DNA of 36,841 nt from assembly GCA_040882355.1 (NCBI GenBank), contig JBBEBM010000018.1, positions 1 through 36,841 on the forward strand. Direction: 5' to 3'. The translations under genes were made by a program, and so were the position numbers. The DNA comes from Dehalococcoidia bacterium (GTDB lineage: Bacteria > Chloroflexota > Dehalococcoidia > DSTF01 > RBG-16-68-14). The notes beneath the pieces were generated by a model that was given only the letters and a program-made list of their open reading frames with translations, was not told where the DNA came from and searched no databases. Positions 19,906 to 27,491 of this stretch are shown piece after piece; the stretch's first letter is position 1; each line of letters starts with the position of its first letter.

Positions 19906-22900
19906 TTAAGCGGTCGCTAGCAATGCCGAAACTAGTTCGTCGATCTCCTGAGACAGGCCATCCTCGGCCAACGCCGCTCGGATGCGCCCGCGAACGCGAG
20001 TGAAATACTCGCCGGGCCGCAACTGAACGCGCTCGGCAGCGCGCTCGGCCTTCGCTCCTGCGCTCGCGAGCAGCCCATGCAGCCGATTCGCAGGATCGAA
20101 CCTTGGGATGGGAAGTGAGAGCATCACCTTGTCAAAGTCCCGCGCACCCCACTGACCTCGGCTCTGCAGATGCTCGACGCGCGACCGCGCAGTTTCGCTA
20201 TTTAATATCGCTGCAAGATACCGGGCCTCCTCCAAGGTCAGGACCGGGGCCCAATAGAGCTTGTGGTCTACGACGGCTCTATCGTCTTGAAGGACGGCAG
20301 CCGCCGGGAGCGTGCCAGCTTTGGAGAACAAGACCCTTACGGGCGCGCAGGGAAACTGAGCGGACAATTGGCCATAGAAATCCAGCTCCTCCGCCAAAGT
20401 ACGAGTACCCCTTCCATGGGACTCCCACAACTGCTCGGCATTTCTCAACCACCGTCGGAGGTGCGGGTAGCCAGCTTGGCGTGCCTGATCAGAGTCCATG
20501 AGTTGCCGGGTTTCGCTCCCCCACGGAATGACTCCCAGTACCGGCGCGAGAAGTCTGAAAGGCGCGAGAGACTCACCCAGGAAGATTGGGCGAAGGAACT
20601 CCCGTTCCACAGCCCCTCGGAGTGCAGGCAGTTCCGCCCAGGGCCTCTTTTCTTGTCGGCTCCGACGGCTCTCGACGCGTGGGGCCGCCGCGTCTTGACC
20701 AAGGATGCCTGTCCGCGTGTCCTGAACCGTCCAGATCATTCGCGGGATTACGATTGCTCCCTGCCGGAACAGACCTGCATACGTGGATGTTGTGCTCTCG
20801 ACCCGTGCTTCTCGCCACGGCTGCTCATGCCACTCCAGCGCCTCATCCGCCTCACCTGTCGTGGCGTCGCGCCTAGGCAGAGTGCCAGAAGCCGCCTGGA
20901 CCTGGGCAGGAAGGCGTTGAGACGAAAGGTCCCCTGCAGCCAACTCTGGCTCGTTCTCGGCAAAGAGGACACATGAGGGAACGGGAAAGAGCGGCTGGAC
21001 ATCGTCTGAAAATGCCCATGCTTCGACGAAGCGAACTGACGCGTGGATGTTGACGACTCGCCCTCGCTGCCTGGTTGCGAAGATGCCACGCCTAAACGCC
21101 TCGAACTGGCGTCGGCTCATCGTGGCGTACGGCATCACGAATGCAATGGAGCCTGATGGCTTTACATAGAGCTCCGCGCATCGAGCGAAGAAGTACGCGC
21201 ACAAGTCTTGATGCGGGGTCACACCTCGTCCGCCGACCCAAACTCCGATTCTTTGACATTCTGTCCTGAATGGCTCCTGAACAGCAGCAGACATGAAGTT
21301 GAACGCCAGCCACGGAGGATTGCCGACAACTACGTCCGCGCGCTGTTCGAGTTGGGAAAGCCAAGCTGGACGCGAGAGATTGCGTGCCACGAAGCCCCAG
21401 ATATGGTCGCGCCCTTCTTCGTGCAGCGTACAGAGGTGCTGATACGTTCCCACCAGGACTTGGCTGGTGTGATCGTCAAGACCCTGTTGGCGCTGCAGCC
21501 ACCGCGTCAGAGTGTCCGGTGCCTCCCCAGCGGCACTGAGCTCGAGCATGCGCTCGATGACCTCGTCGAACAGCGAGGGATCTCGCGCTACTGTTACGGG
21601 GAACTCAAGCAACGGCCCTCCGTCTGGCACTTCGATGAGTACTTCGCGGTCGGCCAGGAAGCCACGAGTGTTCCACTGCAGGGAATCACCCAAGTAGACC
21701 GGAATGGTCAACTGGGGCCGGTCTTGGAGCCGTTGTTCACCCAGCGCAAGCAGATAGGTCACCCGAGCGATTTGAACGGCTAACGGGTGAACGTCTATAC
21801 CAAACACCTGACTTCCACAGAGGGCCAAAGCTTCGTGATTCGAAGTTCCAGCCTCCGCGGCGGCTGCGAGGAACTTGCGGACTGCGTGAAATAGAAAAGT
21901 GCCGGAACCACACGCGGGATCGAGCACACGCTGATGAAGCGGGTCGCTTATGACGCGCTCACACATTCTCGCGGCGAGCCAGTCCGGAGTATAGTATTCA
22001 CCCAAGTAGTGGCGTTGCTCGGGATCGATGAGCGACTCGTAGAGACCCTTCAGCACGTCCGTCTCCACGTCCCGGAGCCGAAATCTTGCGGCCTGGATCG
22101 AGATTCTCCGCACAAGTGACGCCCCGCTATCCGCCGCAAGGAGCCAATCAAAGAAATCAGACTCCACCACGCCTGAAATTCCCGCCTGGCTGAAAGGAAG
22201 TCCGGATAGCAGCTCCGCCGGCTCTGGCATGGCGATCCCCAGCGCGTGCACGGCGATGGTCTTGGCAACAACACTGAGGTAGGTATGTTGGAAGAAGAGA
22301 GCATCGCTATTCACCGGCGAGCCGTAGACACGCTCCAGCAAACGAGCCCAGAGCTCTCGCTTTAGGCGAACATCGGGATGATTCTGGACTTCCTCCCACA
22401 GTCCTCCAAGTTCCTCAAAGGCAACGTGCCAGGCGAGACTTTCGCGGCCGAGCTGTCGACGAACCGTTTCTGGATCGGGAGGAAGATCAACGGAAATCAC
22501 AACCGCGCCATCAAGCCACGCAAGGATATCTCTTGGGGAATCGGGAGAAGCAACATGTGACGGGAGTCGCCGAAGGTGACCGTCGCGCAGTTCGTACGGT
22601 ACGAACGTCGCGCCATCAGTTGCAATGCCCACGAAGTGCTCGCCGGTCTGAGCCTCCCTTTCGGCGAGATAGCGCGTCAGCTCTTGCTCCGCGTCGCTCA
22701 ACTCGCGCCGGAGGTCAGACTTGAACTCAAGGACCGTCCGTCCAAGGAGGGCGTCAAGGCGACCGTGCACCTCAGGCAAAGGGCGTTCGAATTGGATGTC
22801 AGCGCTGCTGGCTCCGAGGCCGCCCACGAGCAAGCGATGAATGAGTGCTCGAACCTTCTCGTGTCCGGGCCTGGTGACCAGCTCGACAACGATCTCCTGC

Positions 22901-22923
22901 AGCTCCGCGATATCGATCGTCAT
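19906..22923 (-). CDS. Fused restriction endonuclease-N6 adenine methyltransferase (type IIG-like)
   Basis: N-terminal PD-(D/E)xK-like RLDALLGRTVLEFK; LGEYYTP; motif I DPACGSGTF; motif IV GNPPW; C-terminal TRD-like region. Confidence 0.9.
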   Translation of the reverse strand: MTIDIAELQEIVVELVTRPGHEKVRALIHRLLVGGLGASSADIQFERPLPEVHGRLDALLGRTVLEFKSDLRRELSDAEQELTRYLAEREAQTGEHFVGIATDGATFVPYELRDGHLRRLPSHVASPDSPRDILAWLDGAVVISVDLPPDPETVRRQLGRESLAWHVAFEELGGLWEEVQNHPDVRLKRELWARLLERVYGSPVNSDALFFQHTYLSVVAKTIAVHALGIAMPEPAELLSGLPFSQAGISGVVESDFFDWLLAADSGASLVRRISIQAARFRLRDVETDVLKGLYESLIDPEQRHYLGEYYTPDWLAARMCERVISDPLHQRVLDPACGSGTFLFHAVRKFLAAAAEAGTSNHEALALCGSQVFGIDVHPLAVQIARVTYLLALGEQRLQDRPQLTIPVYLGDSLQWNTRGFLADREVLIEVPDGGPLLEFPVTVARDPSLFDEVIERMLELSAAGEAPDTLTRWLQRQQGLDDHTSQVLVGTYQHLCTLHEEGRDHIWGFVARNLSRPAWLSQLEQRADVVVGNPPWLAFNFMSAAVQEPFRTECQRIGVWVGGRGVTPHQDLCAYFFARCAELYVKPSGSIAFVMPYATMSRRQFEAFRRGIFATRQRGRVVNIHASVRFVEAWAFSDDVQPLFPVPSCVLFAENEPELAAGDLSSQRLPAQVQAASGTLPRRDATTGEADEALEWHEQPWREARVESTTSTYAGLFRQGAIVIPRMIWTVQDTRTGILGQDAAAPRVESRRSRQEKRPWAELPALRGAVEREFLRPIFLGESLAPFRLLAPVLGVIPWGSETRQLMDSDQARQAGYPHLRRWLRNAEQLWESHGRGTRTLAEELDFYGQLSAQFPCAPVRVLFSKAGTLPAAAVLQDDRAVVDHKLYWAPVLTLEEARYLAAILNSETARSRVEHLQSRGQWGARDFDKVMLSLPIPRFDPANRLHGLLASAGAKAERAAERVQLRPGEYFTRVRGRIRAALAEDGLSQEIDELVSALLATA

Positions 22924-23038
22924 GGGAATCGGGTTCTAAGTCCCGCCAGCGGTCGGACGCCCGTACCGGTACGGTTCGAAGGCGACGATTCTAGAGTCCT
23001 TAACTGCAACCGCCCACTATCGACCAATTGTCGTTTCC

Positions 23039-23341
23039 CTAAGCGGCGCGCGGTCGCCGCGACCCTGGTGGGCGCCCCCGCTTCCGCCGCACCACCTTCG
23101 CGTAGACCTTGTTGCCCGCGTCCCAGTGCATCCACGTGGACCCGATCTGCTTGCCCGCCCGTGTGATCTGCGCCTTCACGCCCTGCGCCGTCCGCCCGCG
23201 CGGCACCTCGACCTCCAGCACGCTGGCCGGTGGCAGTTTCGCCATCGCCGCCCTCAGCGCCTCCAGCTCCTCGTTCACCTTGCCATCGGCTGCGGGCTGC
23301 GGTACCTCGCTCTCCTTGCGGGCGGTGATCTTCATCGGCAT
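23039..23341 (-). CDS. Small basic hypothetical protein with C-terminal AT-hook
   Basis: GGAG RBS, -10-like TAGAAT (23375-23380, minus); RRKRGRPP motif. Confidence 0.7.
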   Translation of the reverse strand: MPMKITARKESEVPQPAADGKVNEELEALRAAMAKLPPASVLEVEVPRGRTAQGVKAQITRAGKQIGSTWMHWDAGNKVYAKVVRRKRGRPPGSRRPRAA

Positions 23342-23502
23342 GAGTTAGGTCTCCCTCCGTGTCGACGCTGGTGCATTCTATCCGTCGCCGATGGGCGAGC
23401 GCCAACGGGCGCGTGAGGGTACACTTGCCTTGGGTCCGCCCGGCCATTGTTTGCGTGGTACCCGTTCCAGAACTGCCGGGCGATGCTTGGTGTTCGTGGG
23501 AA

Positions 23503-23559
23503 GGCATGGTGCGGCCTGGTTTGGCAAGGTTAGGCAAGGCAAGGTCTGGTATGGCAGGC
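23503..23559 (+). repeat. GGY-NN tandem pentamer array
   Basis: GGCAT GGTGC GGCCT GGTTT GGCAA GGTTA GGCAA GGCAA GGTCT GGTAT GGCA GGC. Confidence 0.92.
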
Positions 23560-23572
23560 AAAGGAAAGGCGA

Positions 23573-23608
23573 AGGAAGCGCCGCTCTGATATTGGAGCGG
23601 CGCTTCCT
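23573..23608. terminator. 14-bp perfect hairpin
   Basis: AGGAAGCGCCGCTC / GAGCGGCGCTTCCT. Confidence 0.75.
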
Positions 23609-23651
23609 CATTCCAATTCCGCTTTCCGGAGCCTTCCTCCAGTTAGACCGG

Positions 23652-24362
23652 TCAGTTGTTGGCCTGCTTCAGCGTCGGCCTCTGCCGCTCCAGCCAGCCA
23701 ATGAAGCGCGGAGCGTCAAGGAACCTCGGTAGCCGGGCACTCCGCTGAACGTAGCCGTCGTTGACGGACAGGCCGCCCCACTCATCCAGGAGGTTTCTCC
23801 GCACCCGGTACGCCCGATCACGGCGCTCGCCGATCGGCAGGCACCGCTCCAGCCTACCCGACACGCCGGGCTGGCCGACCACGATCAGGTCTTCAACGCC
23901 CGGCGCGAGCACGCGGCGGGCGTGCGCGTTCATGTCCCGATTGCGAGCGGGCACGTCCCTGGCAAGGACGAACTCCTCCACCACAAGGAGACCGATGATC
24001 GCGTACACCAGTTCGCGGGCGCCGTTGACATCTCTGAGACCCGCGTAGAAGACCACGAGATCGCCACGGCCCAGCCGTTCGTGGAGCTGCTTCGCTCGCT
24101 GTCCGACGTCCCTGTAGGTCAGGTGCGAGAAGTCCGGGTCAAGGTGCATCCGTCGCGACCGCAGGTGCCCAGGCAGCTCGACGGCCAGGTCCGCCAAGGC
24201 CGGAATGAGCGCCGTGTACCGCTTCTCCAAGCCTGCGTGGAGCCGGCTGGCCTCAGGAATCGGTACGTAGACGAACTTGCGCGACCGGCTGTCGACCGGG
24301 CCGTTCCATGAGCCGCCAACCGCAGTAAGGTCGGCTGCGACGCGGACGAGGAGTGCGTTCAA
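23652..24362 (-). CDS. Nmad3-like (nucleotide modification-associated domain 3) protein
   Basis: LLVRVAAD…FVYVPIPE…HLDPDF…LTY…GDLVVFYAGL pattern; TTG 24362 after GGAGG. Confidence 0.7.
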   Translation of the reverse strand: MNALLVRVAADLTAVGGSWNGPVDSRSRKFVYVPIPEASRLHAGLEKRYTALIPALADLAVELPGHLRSRRMHLDPDFSHLTYRDVGQRAKQLHERLGRGDLVVFYAGLRDVNGARELVYAIIGLLVVEEFVLARDVPARNRDMNAHARRVLAPGVEDLIVVGQPGVSGRLERCLPIGERRDRAYRVRRNLLDEWGGLSVNDGYVQRSARLPRFLDAPRFIGWLERQRPTLKQANN

Positions 24363-24432
24363 GGAGCCTTGACCTCCCCGCCCACCTATCGGATATATGG
24401 CGATGCCCAATTCTAGAAGGAGGAACCCCACC

Positions 24433-24549
24433 GTGCAACGCTACCTCACAGACTACGACGACACCGCCTCCGGCTGGGAGCGCGCCCTCTACGCCTTCCT
24501 CGTCGAGAAGCAGCGGCGCTCGGGCTCCGAGCGCACCACCCAGGCTTGA
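24433..24549 (+). pseudogene. Truncated N-terminus of a tyrosine recombinase/integrase
   Basis: AAGGAGG + GTG; MQRYLTDYDDTASGWERALYAFLVEKQRRSGSERTTQA* resembles integrase N-terminal S-x-R-T motif; premature stop after 38 aa. Confidence 0.55.
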
Positions 24550-25013
24550 GGCCGCATGCCCAGTCAGGATCTGGGCACGGCCGCCCTTGAGGCGGATCGG
24601 GCAGCTTGCCCCAATCGACGTACAGCTCGACGCGCTCGCCGCATTCATGGCACACTGGCTGGCTATCGAACCTGTAGGAGTAGACGTTGACTGAGACGAT
24701 CCCGCAGCGGCCAGATCGCCGGCCCCCAGTGGCCCGGGACTGTTGCGTCATCGTCACGTGCGACCCCAACCGCCTGCTGATAGTCGCAGGCACCGCAGCG
24801 GGCGTGGAGCAGCGAGACGGCACGGCGTCGAAGGACGTTGCGCTCACCGACCCGAAGGTGACGCGCCAGGGGCTACGGCGGCGCATGGTGGCGGCGCTGG
24901 AGGCGATAGCGGCAAGAGGGCCGGAAGCCGTGCAGAACGGGGGCCGCGAGGCGGAACGACTGCGAGCGCCGCAAGGTCGCGTCGGGCGTGGGGGTGAATT
25001 GAGGGGTCATGGC

Positions 25014-25033
25014 GACAGCCAATGTGACAGCCA
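25014..25033. repeat. GACAGCCA direct repeat (12-bp period), putative integrase arm-type sites
   Basis: GACAGCCAATGTGACAGCCA about 110 bp inside the split tRNA. Confidence 0.5.
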
Positions 25034-25139
25034 CGCCGACGAACAGCCGAGAACGCCTGCGAACGAAAGCGGGCGCCTAACCGCCCGCGCAGATACGCGC
25101 GCGACTCGGCTCGAACGCCTGTGATTGGCCCGATTCGAC

Positions 25140-25178
25140 TTAGGAAACCGTCGCTCTATCCTACTGAGCTACGGGGGC
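25140..25178 (-). pseudogene. 5' half of tRNA-Arg(CCT), truncated after the anticodon loop; probable att junction
   Basis: GCCCCCGTAGCTCAGTAGGATAGAGCGACGGTTTCCTAA followed by non-tRNA sequence; no T-arm or acceptor 3' strand. Confidence 0.85.
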
Positions 25179-25229
25179 ACGGCGCGCAAACGGCCCCGCG
25201 CCGGGGGCCGTTCGGAGGTCAGTCAGCTT

Positions 25230-25305
25230 TGGTGGAGATAGGGGGATTCGAACCCCCGACCTCTGCGATGCGAACGCAGCGCTCTCCCAATTGAGCTATA
25301 TCCCC
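25230..25305 (-). tRNA. tRNA-Ala(CGC)
   Basis: Full cloverleaf, loop TTCGCAT, GTTCGAAT T-loop, CCA end. Confidence 0.97.
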
Positions 25306-25313
25306 ACGCGATC

Positions 25314-25343
25314 ATTATATGGAGGCGCATCGAGCCGAATCAA
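25314..25343 (-). promoter_or_regulatory. Sigma70-type promoter of the tRNA-Ala/tRNA-Arg unit
   Basis: TTGATT-18 nt-TATAAT, 8 nt upstream of tRNA-Ala. Confidence 0.6.
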
Positions 25344-25368
25344 GCTGGCCAGCGGCGCGCAGGCCGCC

Positions 25369-25749
25369 TCACTCGTCGTCGAGCGAGCGATACGTACCCT
25401 CGATCGTCTGGTCGTCGCCTTCACGATGCCCGTTCGACGAAGGGCGCTGCTGGCGGCGCGAACGCCAGTTGAACGGGCGCCCGCCACGACCGCGCCAGCG
25501 CAAGAAAAACGGCACGACGATCGGCAAGAAGAGGAAGATCGGGAAGACCCGCCAAAGGAAGAACGCCGCGACGGGCACGACCAGCACGAGGAGCCAGCCG
25601 AACTGGTTCGGGTGCCAGCGCCAGGCGCCGAAGATCGACTCGCCCCGCGACGCCGCCCCGACCGCTCGACGTGCGAGCAGCGCCCCGCCCCCGATGAGGC
25701 CGAGCAGCAGCGCCGCGGCGGCGATCGTGATGATGACGGCGTACGCCAT
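25369..25749 (-). CDS. Hypothetical membrane protein
   Basis: Hydrophobic segments and C-terminal TIEGTYRSLDDE. Confidence 0.7.
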   Translation of the reverse strand: MAYAVIITIAAAALLLGLIGGGALLARRAVGAASRGESIFGAWRWHPNQFGWLLVLVVPVAAFFLWRVFPIFLFLPIVVPFFLRWRGRGGRPFNWRSRRQQRPSSNGHREGDDQTIEGTYRSLDDE

Positions 25750-25822
25750 GGCTTGTACTGATCATACCACGTCTCGCGGACGGCGAGGCGGTTCTGTACG
25801 ATGAGCATCGAGGAGGTTCGCT

Positions 25823-26464
25823 ATGCCACTGACGCTGGTCCCCGACGAGATCGAGTCGTTCGCCGCGGCCCACTCGACGCCGCTCCCGCCGCTGCTCGAA
25901 GAGCTGATCGCCACGACGCACCAGAAGATGGGCCAGCGGGCGCGCATGCTCTCCGGCCAGCTCGAAGGGCTGCTGCTCCAGACGCTGGTCGCCTCGCTTG
26001 GGGCGAAGCGTGTGCTGGAGATCGGCATGTTTACCGGCTGCAGCGCCCTCATGATGGCGCAGGCGCTGCCCGACGACGGCCGGCTCATCACCTGCGACGT
26101 CGACCCGGAGGCGATCGCGATAGCGAAGAGCTTCTTCGCGCGCAGCCCGCACGGCAGCAAGATCGAGGTGCGCGAAGGGCTGGCACTCAAGACGCTGGCT
26201 AAGCTCGATGGCCCGTTCGACCTCGTCTTCATCGACGCCGATAAAGAGAACTACCTCAACTACTACGAGGCGGCGCTGCCGCTGCTCGCGCCGCACGGCG
26301 TCATCGCCGTCGATAACGTGCTCTGGAGCGGGCGCGTCCTCGACCCGCAGAACGACGCCGATCGCGCCATCGTCGCCTTCAACGAGCACGTCCAGCGCGA
26401 CGACCGCGTCACAAACGTGATCCTCACCGTACGCGACGGCGTCATGCTGGTCAGAAGGCTGTAG
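25823..26464 (+). CDS. SAM-dependent O-methyltransferase (caffeoyl-CoA OMT/COMT-like)
   Basis: VLEIGMFTGCS, FDLVFIDADK, DNVLWSG, RDG. Confidence 0.93.
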   Translation: MPLTLVPDEIESFAAAHSTPLPPLLEELIATTHQKMGQRARMLSGQLEGLLLQTLVASLGAKRVLEIGMFTGCSALMMAQALPDDGRLITCDVDPEAIAIAKSFFARSPHGSKIEVREGLALKTLAKLDGPFDLVFIDADKENYLNYYEAALPLLAPHGVIAVDNVLWSGRVLDPQNDADRAIVAFNEHVQRDDRVTNVILTVRDGVMLVRRL

Positions 26465-26509
26465 GGGCGAGCGGCTGCTCGCCCTGGGCGGCCGGATGGC
26501 CGCCCCTAC
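26461..26509. repeat. Inverted pair of GTAG-type REP palindromes
   Basis: GTAG-GGGCGAGC/GCTCGCCC and GGGCGGCC/GGCCGCCC-CTAC. Confidence 0.7.
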
Positions 26510-27285
26510 AACGGGGCGAGCGACCGTACGAATTCGAGATCGCGCACGAGACGAGGCTTCATCACCCTGAGCCACTCGTCGCCGTACTTCGGTTCGCGCG
26601 CCGCGTTGCGCGCGAGGCCCGTGGCGATCATCGAATCGACCCGGCGCTCGGCCGTCTCCATGAGGCCGGACCGCTGCTCCAGGCCGTACGCGTCGCAGAA
26701 GAGCTGCGTACGCCGCGCCCGATCGGGCGGCTCGGGCCAGCCGATTAGAGAACAGATCTCGTCGGGGAGGAAGGGAACGAAGCGGTAGAGGGCGTACGCA
26801 ACGTCCCAGAGGCGCGGGGCGGGAGCGGCCTCGTCCCAGTCGATGAAGGCGGTCGGGTGCCCGTCGACGAAGACCGTGTTGTAGGGGCCGACATCGTTGT
26901 GGCAGATCACCTCGCCCGATCGCGGTCCGCCCACCAGGGAGGCCCACGCCGCGTCCGCCGGCGGCAGGAAGTCGAGCGTGGCGTCGTGGAGGCCGCGCAG
27001 CAGGCGCGCGACACCCGCGAGCGTCGTCTCGTCGCGGACGTGTACCGGGAGTACGCGCTCGCGTATCGGCAGCCCGACCTCGCCCGCGACGAAGCTCAGG
27101 ACCTCGCGTCCCTGCTCGTCGAAGCCGAGCGCCCGCGGCGAGCCGTCGAAGCCCTTCGCCTCGAGATGGCGCAGCACGCTGTGCACGGCAGGCGTCGACG
27201 GGCGGGAGATTCTGCGCACCGTGTCGCCGACGCGCACAACGGGCCCGTGTGTCCCACCCGGGAGGGCGATCTCTTCCTCTTGCAT
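26506..27285 (-). CDS. Aminoglycoside phosphotransferase/choline kinase family protein
   Basis: VICHNDVGPYN, FIDWD motifs. Confidence 0.9.
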   Translation of the reverse strand: MQEEEIALPGGTHGPVVRVGDTVRRISRPSTPAVHSVLRHLEAKGFDGSPRALGFDEQGREVLSFVAGEVGLPIRERVLPVHVRDETTLAGVARLLRGLHDATLDFLPPADAAWASLVGGPRSGEVICHNDVGPYNTVFVDGHPTAFIDWDEAAPAPRLWDVAYALYRFVPFLPDEICSLIGWPEPPDRARRTQLFCDAYGLEQRSGLMETAERRVDSMIATGLARNAAREPKYGDEWLRVMKPRLVRDLEFVRSLAPL

Positions 27286-27325
27286 CGGCAGTGACTGACG
27301 TGCTTGAAGGGACGCTATGCGAAGG

Positions 27326-27423
27326 GGCGCTTACGCTCGCATCGCCTCGGGATCGAGGCCGGCCGAGGCGCACCACTCACGGTAGGCGATCGGCGAGATC
27401 TCCGATGGCTTGATCTCGCTTCG
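27326..27423 (-). repeat. Diverged duplicate of the last ~30 codons of the ahbAB-like gene
   Basis: Matches 27487-27584 (offset 161) with only synonymous differences. Confidence 0.9.
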
Positions 27424-27491
27424 TTCGCTCCCTTCATCCGCGGGACAGGCTTCAGCCTGTCGGCTTGACCAACGGGCGTGCTAGCAGGCGC

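Larger units (their letters stand above)
23432..23608 (+). ncRNA. Putative ncRNA: 5' hairpin, GGY-NN pentamer tract (23503-23559), 3' hairpin
   Basis: 11 consecutive GGC/GGT triplets at exact 5-nt period; flanking stems; -10-like TACACT at 23420-23425; ends are inferred. Confidence 0.55.
1..25146. mobile_element. Putative decayed genomic island inserted in tRNA-Arg(CCT); left end not seen
   Basis: Split tRNA, arm-type repeats, two recombinase remnants, R-M and accessory cargo versus housekeeping genes to the right. Confidence 0.55.

Noticed and set aside
23503..23559. CRISPR array, simple microsatellite or coding repeat
   Set aside because: Unit is 5 nt with 2 variable bases; no cas genes; overlapping ORFs (22920-23561, 23359-23589, 23378-23611, 23391-23732) look like low-complexity artefacts. 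A G-quadruplex role is not excluded.
24687..25124. 145-aa ORF next to the att site
   Set aside because: No recognisable domain; runs through arm-type repeats; probably decayed element sequence
25080..25178. Intact or intron-containing tRNA-Arg(CCT)
   Set aside because: Downstream GTTCGAG lacks a paired T-stem and acceptor strand; no 3' exon or group I core was seen in the window
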